From Candidatus Bipolaricaulota bacterium (GTDB taxonomy: Bacteria; Bipolaricaulota; Bipolaricaulia; UBA7950; UBA9294), in the NCBI GenBank assembly GCA_028277345.1, contig JANQGM010000008.1, positions 23,573-87,572 on the forward strand: a DNA stretch of 64,000 nucleotides. Direction: 5' to 3'. Shown here one piece after another: positions 55,662-64,000 of this stretch. The first letter of the stretch is position 1. Each line of letters begins with the position of its first letter. The notes beneath the pieces were generated by a model. The model searched no databases and was not told the origin of the DNA. It worked only from the letters and a program-made list of their open reading frames with translations. Made by a program: the position numbers and the translations under genes.

Positions 55662-56420
55662 CTATCCAGGTCCCAAGGCATCGGGGTCGAAGGATTCCGG
55701 AGGGAGCGCTTCTGTCCCGATGTCCAAGATTTCGGATGTCGTGATCCGCCCGATGAGCAGCTGATTGACGATTCGCTGCATGGTCACGTAAACGTCTGTC
55801 TCGTCGCGGGTCTCGTAAACCTCGTAGAACACCTCGTAGAAAGGAATGCCGCTCACCGCGTACAACATGGCGGAGATGGGAGTGAGCGTGGAGGCATCCA
55901 CCTTGACCGTGACGACTTGGAAGGCGACCGTGAAATCGATGGCGGCAAGGTCGATCTCCAGGATCTCCTCGCCCTCTTCGTTTACCACGGACCGACGCTC
56001 CTCGATGGTGTACGAATCGGCAAATCGAATGCCGCTTGTTTGGGCGACAGCGGAATCGCCGAAGACTTCGGTGGTCGCGCTGGTCTTGATCGGAAAATCC
56101 AAGTCGGGGCCGTAGAAATAGGTGGCGTCCGGCGTGGAGAGGAAGATTTGTCCGGCCAGTTCCTCGGGCGCGTCAAACGAAATCCGCGCAAACGAGCCGT
56201 CCTCGGTATCGAGGAACGACAGATTGAGCGACGCTTCGCGCGTTTCATCCGGTGTTTCGGACACGATTCGAACGGCGATCTGGGTCACGGTTTCATCGAA
56301 GAACCGTACCTCATCCAGCCTCGTTAGCAACTCGAGGTCCGAGAGGTCTTGGGAGGACGCCGATACAACGGGCAACAACGCAAGGGTGACGAGCAGGGTC
56401 ATAGCGATCGATCGTTTCAT
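55662..56420 (-). CDS. LolA-like outer-membrane lipoprotein-sorting family protein
   Basis: 252 aa from MKRSIAMTLLVTLALLPVVSASSQ (AGGAG SD). Beta-rich, last gene of the FtsX/ABC operon. The track's 412-aa version was trimmed. Confidence 0.65.
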   Translation of the reverse strand: MKRSIAMTLLVTLALLPVVSASSQDLSDLELLTRLDEVRFFDETVTQIAVRIVSETPDETREASLNLSFLDTEDGSFARISFDAPEELAGQIFLSTPDATYFYGPDLDFPIKTSATTEVFGDSAVAQTSGIRFADSYTIEERRSVVNEEGEEILEIDLAAIDFTVAFQVVTVKVDASTLTPISAMLYAVSGIPFYEVFYEVYETRDETDVYVTMQRIVNQLLIGRITTSEILDIGTEALPPESFDPDALGPG

Positions 56421-56437
56421 GATTCTCCTTTCCTCGG

Positions 56438-57649
56438 TCAGATGCTCCTCAACGCATCGACAATCTGAATGCGAGAATTGCGCCAAGAGGGGAACGTCGA
56501 ACTCAACAACGTGGATACCAGGACGGTGACGATCGGCATCAAGATAACTTGGGTTCCCAGCCGAAGTTGAATGGCCTGAGGGATCGCAGCTCCCGGCGGC
56601 GTCCAGGTGAAGCCGATGGCATTGAAACTGAGCAGAAGAATGGCGCTCAAGATTGCGCCAAGGACGGCGCCGATGACGCCGAGAAATGCGCCTTCCAGCA
56701 AGAATGAGCGAAAGATTCGTCCGCGCTGCGTCCCAAAGGCGCGAAGTGTGCCGATTTCCCGGCTGCGCTCGAGGAACGAAATCGTGAGCACTTCCAACAC
56801 GCTGAAAAAGACGAGGACGGCGATACCGATCATGGCCAATCCCGAGAAGGCCGCATAGAACGATCGGATCGATTCGTACGATGCATTCAATTCTTCCCAC
56901 GTCCGGGTCACCAACGGAATGCCGGCTGCATCCAATCGGGCTTGCAGGGCGGCGGCAAAGGCATCGGAATCATCAAGGTCCTCAAGACCAATGAGAATGC
57001 GCTCTACACCGTCCGTCTTCAGCAATCTCTGAACGAACGAGATGGGGAAAAGTCCCAGTTGACTTTCAAGATCCTCAAACGCATAGGTCATTTCACCGCT
57101 CACATCGACGGTGGCGGCATTGAAGTTTCCGGACACCGTCCCGGTCGCGATGTTGATCCGGTCGCCCGGAACGACGCCAAGCTTTCGCGCCAACGCGCTT
57201 CCGAGAACGACCTGGCGATCGGACATCTCCTCCAGCGGGTCGCCGGCGATGACGATGCATTCGTAGTCCTGAACATCGCTGCAGGGGACGACGCCTTGGC
57301 CGATGATGAGCGTGCTCCCTTCTTCGTTGCCGACCAATCCGGCGAAGTTCAATTGCCACGAGACGCCAATGACCCCATCGAGTGTCGAGGCTTCCAGGAT
57401 CACGCGATCGAGAGTTTCGGGTGAAATGAGGTAGTCGTAATCGCTTGATGTGTTCTCAAACAGTCCTTCGCTGGCCACTTGCACGGCTCCCGATTCGCTA
57501 GCGAGCGATTCCTTGGTCGACTGAAGGGCTTCTTGAACGAATCCCAGAACCGAGACGAGGACGAGGAACCCAATGACGATCACGGCCAGGCTGAAGGCGG
57601 TGCGGCGCCGGTTCCGGAACACATTTCTCAGTGCGCTCTTCACTTGCAT
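56438..57649 (-). CDS. ABC transporter permease, FtsX/MacB-LolE type
   Basis: N-terminus ALRNVFRNRRRTAFS, a large periplasmic domain, then the C-terminal FtsX 3-TM bundle (REIGTLRAFG). Confidence 0.85.
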   Translation of the reverse strand: MQVKSALRNVFRNRRRTAFSLAVIVIGFLVLVSVLGFVQEALQSTKESLASESGAVQVASEGLFENTSSDYDYLISPETLDRVILEASTLDGVIGVSWQLNFAGLVGNEEGSTLIIGQGVVPCSDVQDYECIVIAGDPLEEMSDRQVVLGSALARKLGVVPGDRINIATGTVSGNFNAATVDVSGEMTYAFEDLESQLGLFPISFVQRLLKTDGVERILIGLEDLDDSDAFAAALQARLDAAGIPLVTRTWEELNASYESIRSFYAAFSGLAMIGIAVLVFFSVLEVLTISFLERSREIGTLRAFGTQRGRIFRSFLLEGAFLGVIGAVLGAILSAILLLSFNAIGFTWTPPGAAIPQAIQLRLGTQVILMPIVTVLVSTLLSSTFPSWRNSRIQIVDALRSI

Positions 57650-57661
57650 CTCGCCTCCTTT

Positions 57662-58873
57662 CTAATTGACCCTCAGGGCGTCGACCACGCGGATTCCCGA
57701 GGTTTGGATCGCGGGGAACACGGCGGAGAGTAACGTCGAAACCACGCCCACCAAGAAGGGCGGCGCCGCCGTCAGCAATCCCAATCGAACGGCCAGCACA
57801 CTGGTTTCAACCGTGCCCGGCGGCTGCCATTCGATCCCCAACGCGTTGAACCCCCATCCCATGAGCACGCCCGTCAAGACGCCGGCTGCGCTTCCGATCA
57901 AGGCCAGCCACGCGCTTTCAATGAGAAGCTGGCGAAACACCTCGGAGCGGGTGGTCCCCAATGCACGAAGGGTTCCGATCTCTCGTGTTCTCTCCAGGAA
58001 GGCGAGCGTCAGTACCTGAAGGATGATGAAGAATACGAGGATGAACACGGCCAAGGTGAGGAATCCAAACAAGAGATCGAAAAACCCCGACAGTTGCTGA
58101 TAAATCGCCGATAATTCAAACCACGTGCGGACGTCGAGTTCGATGGAGGCACGATCCAGCTGGCTGACGATCGCTTCCTTGGCGTCATCCGTTGCCGAAA
58201 TCGACTCCAGCCCGACGATCAATCGTTCGACGCCCCGGGTTCCCAGAAGAAGCTGGGCAAAGGACTGGGGCATGAACAAGGTTTGTAGCTCGACTTGTTC
58301 CGAGGTGAACTTGTAGATCCCCACGATCCGTAGCGGCGTTGCGTTGTAGGCGCCGTTGACTGTCGTGAGGGTCAAGGTGACGACATCGTCAACGTGGAGT
58401 CCCAGGCGGTCGGCCAGAGAGCGCCCCATCAGGATGCTGGCGACATCGGTTTCGTCCAGCGGTCGGCCTTTGAAAACCAGCTTGTCCGCATTCAGGACCG
58501 AATTGCCGGGGACTTGAGCGGTCACGCGGACGACTTGTGTCTGCTTGCCCGAGGCGATCAGGCCGGGGAATTGAAGCTGGGTTGTGATGCCGGTCACTGC
58601 TGCGTGTTGGGAGAGCAGATTGCGAACCTGCGCCTCGCGCTCCGGGTCGATGAGGTAGTCGTAGCCGTCTGCCGTGTCGTCAAAAAGATCGGCTGAGGCG
58701 AGCTGGAGGTTCCCGTACTCATTGACGGCGGCGGCTTGGATCTGAAGACGGGAATCTTCCAAGAAGCCGTAGACAAACAAGGAGATGGCCGTCCCTAAGG
58801 CGATGATGGCGACAGAAAGGAGCGTGCGGCGACGGTTACGCAGCAGGCTGCGAAGCGGTATCCACCACGTCAT
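57662..58873 (-). CDS. ABC transporter permease, FtsX/MacB-LolE type (second copy)
   Basis: LRSLLRNRRRTLLS, REIGTLRALG. ATG 58873 follows GGAGG. Confidence 0.85.
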   Translation of the reverse strand: MTWWIPLRSLLRNRRRTLLSVAIIALGTAISLFVYGFLEDSRLQIQAAAVNEYGNLQLASADLFDDTADGYDYLIDPEREAQVRNLLSQHAAVTGITTQLQFPGLIASGKQTQVVRVTAQVPGNSVLNADKLVFKGRPLDETDVASILMGRSLADRLGLHVDDVVTLTLTTVNGAYNATPLRIVGIYKFTSEQVELQTLFMPQSFAQLLLGTRGVERLIVGLESISATDDAKEAIVSQLDRASIELDVRTWFELSAIYQQLSGFFDLLFGFLTLAVFILVFFIILQVLTLAFLERTREIGTLRALGTTRSEVFRQLLIESAWLALIGSAAGVLTGVLMGWGFNALGIEWQPPGTVETSVLAVRLGLLTAAPPFLVGVVSTLLSAVFPAIQTSGIRVVDALRVN

Positions 58874-59588
58874 GGGCGCCTCCTTCCTGCAAACAACCAT
58901 CGTGAATGCGGATTTGACGCCGCGCGTACTGGGTCACGGCGGGGTCATGCGTGACGACGATGAACACCACGCAGTGTTCTTCGTTCAGCGTTCGCATGAG
59001 ATTCATCACTTGCGCGCCGGTTTCCGAATCCAGATTGGCGGTGGGTTCATCGGCGAGGACGAGTTTCGGCTGAGTGATGAGCGCTCGCGCGATGGCAATA
59101 CGCTGCCTCTGCCCGCCGGACAGCTCATTGGGCCGTCGCCGGGCGAGATCCCGCAACCCGACTTCTCCCAAGATGGCGTCGACGCGCTTTGCCCGCTCCG
59201 ATTTGGACAGCTTCTGAAGCAGAAGGGGATATTCGGCATTCTCTGCCGCCGACAACACGGGAATGAGGTTGAAGGTTTGAAAGATGAGGCCGATTTTCTC
59301 TTTCCGAAGCTGGGCCAGTTGCTTTTCGTTGAGCGTGTTCGTCGAGACGCCTTCGACCACAACCTCGCCTTCTGTTGGGCGATCGATGGCGGAGATCAGG
59401 TTGAGAAAAGTTGTTTTTCCACTTCCGGACGGCCCGTTGATGACCACGAAGTCGCCTTGCGCCGCCGTGAAATCGACATCCCTGAGCGCATAGACCGTCG
59501 ACCCTCCCACTTGGTAGGTCTTCGTCAGGCGCTGCGCCTCCAGGAACGAACGTCCCTGTTCATGACAAAACTGACTTATAGTTCCCAT
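58836..59588 (-). CDS. ABC transporter ATP-binding protein (LolD/MacB-type)
   Basis: GPSGSGKTT, LSGGQRQRIAIARAL, LVLADEPT. Confidence 0.9.
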   Translation of the reverse strand: MGTISQFCHEQGRSFLEAQRLTKTYQVGGSTVYALRDVDFTAAQGDFVVINGPSGSGKTTFLNLISAIDRPTEGEVVVEGVSTNTLNEKQLAQLRKEKIGLIFQTFNLIPVLSAAENAEYPLLLQKLSKSERAKRVDAILGEVGLRDLARRRPNELSGGQRQRIAIARALITQPKLVLADEPTANLDSETGAQVMNLMRTLNEEHCVVFIVVTHDPAVTQYARRQIRIHDGCLQEGGAHDVVDTASQPAA

Positions 59589-59716
59589 CGTTCGTTCCTT
59601 CCTTATTGGGTTGTGTAAGTTTCCCCTATACCACCCTAGTTAATCGCTAAGTCTCCATAAGATACAAATCGTGTACTCTCTCGATGGAAAAAGCATGAGC
59701 GTGGAAAGGAGTTCTC

Positions 59717-60052
59717 GTGAACGACAAATTGGCCGTTATCTTGGCAAGTGGAGATCCCCGGGTTCTCGAAATGGGTCTCATGTACGCGCGCAATTCAGCG
59801 GTCCAGGGCTGGATGTCCGATGTGAAGGTCTTCCTGTTTGGTTCCTCGGAGATCCAAATCGCCACGGATCCGGGGTTGCGTGGCATGGTTGAGGAGATGA
59901 TTGAGAGCGGTATCGTACCGGTGGCCTGCAAGTACTGCTCTGACAAGTACTCGGTGACGGAGTTGCTCGAACGCGCGGGATGCGAGATCGAATACGTCGG
60001 CGCCCCCATCTCGGAAGCCATCAAGGCCGGTTACGTGCCCATGGTTTGGTAG
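59717..60052 (+). CDS. DsrE/DsrF-like family protein
   Basis: 111 aa, small alpha/beta pattern with a conserved Cys (VACKYCSD). GTG start after GGAAAGGAG. Confidence 0.6.
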   Translation: MNDKLAVILASGDPRVLEMGLMYARNSAVQGWMSDVKVFLFGSSEIQIATDPGLRGMVEEMIESGIVPVACKYCSDKYSVTELLERAGCEIEYVGAPISEAIKAGYVPMVW

Positions 60053-60057
60053 GCGGC

Positions 60058-60990
60058 GTGAAGACGATCAAGACGATCGATTCTGCCCAGTACGTCTATG
60101 CCTTTACTCCCGAGATGGCGCCCGTCAGTCACATTGCGCCGGGAGAGATGGTGCGTTTCGATGCCCTCGACGCGTTGGGCGGGCAGGTGCGCGCAGAGAC
60201 CGACATCTTGGCGGGGTTGGACTTCGACCGCGTGAATCCCGCGACAGGACCCATTACCATTGACGGTGCGAAGCCCGGAGACACGCTTTCCGTCACCCTT
60301 CATTCCATCGAGATGGACGAGCAAGGCGCCATCGTGACCGGCCCCGGGATGGGCGTGCTTGGCGATGAGATGACGTCCTATGCCACTCGCATGCTTCCCA
60401 TCCGGAATGCGGCTGTGGAGTTCGGAGGGCTGAAGCTGCCTGTCCGACCGATGGTTGGCGTCATCGGGGTGGCGACAGAGACCGGACGCTATGCGACGGG
60501 AACGGCGCATCGACACGGCGGCAACATGGATACCAAAGAAATCGGCGTGGGATCCACCGTTTATCTTCCCGTTTCCCAGGATGGCGCGCAACTGGCGATG
60601 GGCGATGTGCATGCCGTGATGGGGGACGGCGAAGTGTGTGTCTCGGCGTGCGAAGTGGCCGCACGGATTGTTGTGGAGACGGCGGTCCTGAAGGCAACGC
60701 GACTCGCCTGGCCGATGGTCGAGACCTCTGAGCGAATTCACGTATTGGTGTCACTGCCCACCATTGAAGAGGCGCTGATTGAGGCGACACGTTGCGCTGT
60801 CTCCCTTCTGCAACGGGCGCATGGCCTGTCCAAGGAAGACGCCTACATGCTGGCGAGCCTGGCCGTGGATATCGGGGTCAGCCAATTGGTCGATCCGAAT
60901 AAAACAGCCAAGGCCAGTATCCCCAAATACGCGCTGCCCGGGCCGCTGACCGATTGGCTGTCAGGACAAGATTGGCGTGGCGATGGCTGA
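60058..60990 (+). CDS. acetamidase/formamidase-family protein
   Basis: NPATGPI.I.GA.PGD, GGNMD, GDVHAVMGDGEV. GTG 60058 chosen, so the start is uncertain. Confidence 0.8.
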   Translation: MKTIKTIDSAQYVYAFTPEMAPVSHIAPGEMVRFDALDALGGQVRAETDILAGLDFDRVNPATGPITIDGAKPGDTLSVTLHSIEMDEQGAIVTGPGMGVLGDEMTSYATRMLPIRNAAVEFGGLKLPVRPMVGVIGVATETGRYATGTAHRHGGNMDTKEIGVGSTVYLPVSQDGAQLAMGDVHAVMGDGEVCVSACEVAARIVVETAVLKATRLAWPMVETSERIHVLVSLPTIEEALIEATRCAVSLLQRAHGLSKEDAYMLASLAVDIGVSQLVDPNKTAKASIPKYALPGPLTDWLSGQDWRGDG

Positions 60991-61086
60991 GCGCGGACGG
61001 TAAGCTCAAGAAAACAAGCTGGCGGTACCGTTCGCTGCCGAAGGGTTGGACGGCGCTGTGATCCGAGAGTGCGAGGAGGCCTCAAC

Positions 61087-62277
61087 GTGCGAGCCATCGT
61101 GGGTGCGACCCTACTAACCCCTGATCAGACGATCGAAAACGGCACCATTCTCATCGAAGAGGGTGTGATTCGGAAGGTCGGAACGGATCTCCCGGTTCCC
61201 GATGGCGCGGACGTTCTCGATGCCACGGGCAAGTTCGTCATCCCCGGCATGATCGATGCCCATTGCCATACGGGAATCTTCGCCGATGGCGTGGGTTGGA
61301 ATCATTCGGATGGCAACGAGATGACCGATCCCGTGATGCCACACCTCCGCGCGATTGATGCCATTCATCCGGAGGACAAGGCCTTTCAAGATCTCCGCGA
61401 AGCCGGCGTCACCTGCATTGGTACCGGACCGGGCTCCGGAAACCTTGTGGGAGGGCAGACGGCCGTGATCAAGACTCGCGGGCGCACGATCGAAGAGATG
61501 CTCGTACGCTTCCCGGGGGCCATGAAGATGGCGCTGGGAGAGAACCCCAAGCGCGTCTATGGCGAACAGAAGCGTACGCCGTCCACACGCATGGGCAATG
61601 CCGCCATCCTTCGCGAGGTCCTGACGAAGGCACAGGCCTATCTCGAGAAGAAGGCGATCCACGAGAAGAAGGTGGCGGATTTCAACGCCGGGGTTGAGGA
61701 GGCCAAAGAGCCCGATCCGTTTGAGATTGACCTGAAACTGGAGAGCCTCGGCAAGATTCTGACTCGCGAAATCCCTGCGCACATTCACGCCCACCGCGCC
61801 GACGACATCATGACGGCGCTTCGGCTGGCTAAGGAATTCGATTTGGATCTGATCCTCATTCATGCGACCGAAGGCTACAAAATCGCCGACATCCTGGCTG
61901 AGGAAGGCGTGCCCTGTATCCCAGGTCCTGTATTGATTTCGCGCATGAAGTACGAGCTTCGCGAGCTCAATGTGAAAAACGCGGCCGTCCTCTCAAAAGC
62001 GGGCGTGAAGGTGGCCATTCAAACCGATCAATTCTCCGCCGTTCGTTACATTCGCCTGGATGCCGCTGTTGCCATCAGCGAAGGCATGTCGGATGACGAT
62101 GCGCTTCGCGCCATCACGCTGACCCCGGCCGAACTCCTCCGGGTGGACGATCGCGTGGGGAGCATTGAGGCGGGCAAGGATGCGGATCTTGTCGTTCTCA
62201 GCGCGCATCCATTCGATGTCGCTCACAGCCGCGTCGAGCACGTCCTCATCGAAGGCGAAACCGTTTACCAGCAGTAG
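61087..62277 (+). CDS. metal-dependent amidohydrolase-family protein
   Basis: VIPGMIDAHCHTG..., C-terminal GSIEAGKDADLVV. GTG 61087 lies 7 nt after GGAGG. Confidence 0.8.
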   Translation: MRAIVGATLLTPDQTIENGTILIEEGVIRKVGTDLPVPDGADVLDATGKFVIPGMIDAHCHTGIFADGVGWNHSDGNEMTDPVMPHLRAIDAIHPEDKAFQDLREAGVTCIGTGPGSGNLVGGQTAVIKTRGRTIEEMLVRFPGAMKMALGENPKRVYGEQKRTPSTRMGNAAILREVLTKAQAYLEKKAIHEKKVADFNAGVEEAKEPDPFEIDLKLESLGKILTREIPAHIHAHRADDIMTALRLAKEFDLDLILIHATEGYKIADILAEEGVPCIPGPVLISRMKYELRELNVKNAAVLSKAGVKVAIQTDQFSAVRYIRLDAAVAISEGMSDDDALRAITLTPAELLRVDDRVGSIEAGKDADLVVLSAHPFDVAHSRVEHVLIEGETVYQQ

Positions 62278-62290
62278 TTCCGGAGGGTAC

Positions 62291-63298
62291 ATGAAGACAC
62301 GGAATCTGGGACGAACGGGCGTTCGCATTTCGCAGCTCTGCTTCGGCACGATGTCGTTTGGGGGCGCGGCGGATGCGGCGATGTCAGCCGCGCTTTATCG
62401 CAAATGCCGGGAAGCCGGCATCAACGCCTTCGATTGTGCCAACGTCTATTCCGCAGGCCAGGCGGAAACCATCCTCGGCAAGTTGATGAAGGGCGAACGC
62501 AACGACCTGGTCATTACCTCGAAGGTCGGCTTCCCCATGGGCGAGGGCATCAACGATCGGGGTTTGTCCCGGCGGCATATCCTCGCCTCGGTTGAGGACA
62601 GCCTGGCGCGGCTTGGCACGGATCGGCTGGACATCCTGTTCGTTCACACTTTCGATCCGTCAACGCCGATGGAAGAGACCTTCCGCGCGCTCGATCAGCT
62701 AGTTCGAGATGGGAAGATCCTCTACACCGGCGTCTCCAATTGGGCGGCATGGCAAATCGCGCTTTCCTTGGGTATCTGCGCGCAACGCGATCTTCCGGCC
62801 TTTGCCTGCATTCAGCCGATGTACAACCTCGTCAAACGGCAGGCTGAGGTTGAGATACTGCCGCTGGCCCAATCCGAGGACCTTGCCGTCATCTCGTACA
62901 GCCCTCTGGGCGGTGGCTTGCTCACCGGGAAATACGGAACGAATATGCGCCCTGAATCCGGGCGACTGGTCGACAATACGATGTACGGCACACGCTACGG
63001 AAACGAGAGTTACTACCAAACGGCGGACCGGTTTGGGGAGTTGGCCGTGAGGGAGAACGTGCCGCCGGCAACCCTGGCCGTGGCCTGGGCCGCCGCTCAC
63101 CCCGCCGTGACGGCGCCGATCATCGGTGCGCGCAACGTTGAGCAGCTTGAGCACTCGCTTGCAGCGGCGTCCTTTGATATGAGCGCCGAGCTCTATGCCG
63201 AGATCGCGGCGCTGTCTCCGACGCCGGCGCCTGCGACCGATCGAACGGAGGAACAAGCGGGCGTGGCCTATCGAGGGAGCCGGGAAGACTACAGATAG
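62291..63298 (+). CDS. aldo/keto reductase
   Basis: MKTRNLGRTGVRISQLCFGTMSFGG, FDCANVYS, GVSNW. ATG follows GGAGGG. Confidence 0.9.
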   Translation: MKTRNLGRTGVRISQLCFGTMSFGGAADAAMSAALYRKCREAGINAFDCANVYSAGQAETILGKLMKGERNDLVITSKVGFPMGEGINDRGLSRRHILASVEDSLARLGTDRLDILFVHTFDPSTPMEETFRALDQLVRDGKILYTGVSNWAAWQIALSLGICAQRDLPAFACIQPMYNLVKRQAEVEILPLAQSEDLAVISYSPLGGGLLTGKYGTNMRPESGRLVDNTMYGTRYGNESYYQTADRFGELAVRENVPPATLAVAWAAAHPAVTAPIIGARNVEQLEHSLAAASFDMSAELYAEIAALSPTPAPATDRTEEQAGVAYRGSREDYR

Positions 63299-63313
63299 TT
63301 GGGGGTGGGGGAC

Positions 63314-63895
63314 GTGCGGAGCATCCGGGAATGGATTCAGGAAGAATCGGAGGTGCTCGGTCCGGAGTTTCTTCGAGTCGATGGGATTCTCAATCATTGC
63401 GTCGATCCGGAGTTCATCGTCTGCGTGGGCGAGGAGCTCTGGCGACGCTTCAACGATCAGGAAATCACCTGCGTCGTGACCGCCGAAGCGGCGGGCAACA
63501 TCGTTGCCTATGAGCTCGCACGCCGGCTGGGCGTACGCGCCCTATACGCGAAAAAGGGAAAAGCGGCGACGATGGTTCGACCGCTGATGAGAGCGCTAAT
63601 TTCGCCGACGAAACGTGCAGCTGTGGAGCTCGCCATCTCCCGTGACTACCTTTCGTCGGAAGACCGCGTGATCGTTGTCGATGATTTTCTCTATCAGGGA
63701 ACGACGAGCGCGCTGTTGGCGGACATGGTCGTGGAATCCGGAGCCGAACTGATCGGCTTCGGCTTCGTCATTGAGAAGACGTTCGCGGGAGGCCGGGACG
63801 CCCTGGCGCGATTCGAGGTGCCCATTAAGACGTTGGCACCGATTCGAACGATGAATCCGAGCTCCGGAACGATCGAATTCGCGGAGATGCCATGA
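63314..63895 (+). CDS. xpt: xanthine phosphoribosyltransferase
   Basis: [15 protein letters not shown]; PRPP loop [13 protein letters not shown]. The start may instead be the TTG at 63299. Confidence 0.85.
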   Translation: MRSIREWIQEESEVLGPEFLRVDGILNHCVDPEFIVCVGEELWRRFNDQEITCVVTAEAAGNIVAYELARRLGVRALYAKKGKAATMVRPLMRALISPTKRAAVELAISRDYLSSEDRVIVVDDFLYQGTTSALLADMVVESGAELIGFGFVIEKTFAGGRDALARFEVPIKTLAPIRTMNPSSGTIEFAEMP

Positions 63896-64000
63896 GCGTT
63901 GTTGTCCTCGATTTCGGTTCCCAATACACGCGGTTGATCGCCAGGCGTGTGCGCGAGTTGGGTGCCTATTCCGTCATTCTGCCGGGAACCGCGTCCGTGG
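63892..64000 (+). CDS. guaA: GMP synthase (glutamine-hydrolysing), N-terminal fragment cut by window edge
   Basis: [35 protein letters not shown] overlap with xpt. Confidence 0.85.
   Translation, partial: MSVVVLDFGSQYTRLIARRVRELGAYSVILPGTASV

Noticed and set aside
56421-56900. N-terminal extension of the track's 412-aa ORF over the LolA-like gene
   Set aside because: It overlaps the upstream permease gene. The real signal peptide starts at MKRSIAM, which has an AGGAG SD.
1-64000. CRISPR arrays, IS elements, integrases, rRNA, phage genes
   Set aside because: I scanned for regularly spaced direct repeats, transposase- or integrase-like translations and rRNA-like sequence. None was seen. The only strong repeats are the intragenic modules of the giant gene.

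Overview
The window is about 58-60% GC and densely coded. It looks chromosomal and comes from a diderm bacterium, since bamA, an OmpH/Skp-like gene and a Lol-like ABC system are present. I found no rRNA, CRISPR array, transposase or integrase. Gene order, left to right: (1) a peptide ABC importer (permease cut by the window edge, plus a family-5 binding protein); (2) a tightly coupled operon of argF, a citD-citE fusion, citF, an HD-domain protein, an archaeal-type aconitase-family hydro-lyase (large and small subunits) and a Ham1-like NTPase; (3) a nitroreductase and two tandem TrmO/TsaA paralogs; (4) an 877-aa S41 peptidase made of two tandem units; (5) a lower-GC patch with a GNAT gene; (6) pcp, a TIGR04076-like protein and a membrane protein; (7) on the minus strand, a methyltransferase, coaD, an M16 peptidase, pnp and rpsO; (8) mtaD, then yraN-comM; (9) bamA, skp-like, fabZ and a formimidoyltransferase running straight into murD-ftsW-murG-murC-ftsQ-ftsA-ftsZ; (10) tRNA-Leu(CAA); (11) a 2042-aa secreted Ig-repeat protein translationally coupled to a 513-aa beta-barrel-like protein; (12) rpiA-zwf-pgl; (13) EamA and MATE transporters; (14) an ABC ATPase, two FtsX permeases and a LolA-like protein; (15) DsrE-like, formamidase, amidohydrolase, aldo/keto reductase, xpt and the start of guaA. 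The best candidate for an undescribed system is the giant-protein/barrel pair at 41494-49160, together with its terminator/antiterminator-like leader. Secondary points of interest are the citrate-lyase-like operon without citC/citX/citG, a 307-nt structured spacer splitting the hydro-lyase subunit genes, a PNPase with a second S1 domain and acidic tail, and a bamA-skp-fabZ block without lpx genes. All family assignments come from reading motifs by eye in the translations. No database search was run.
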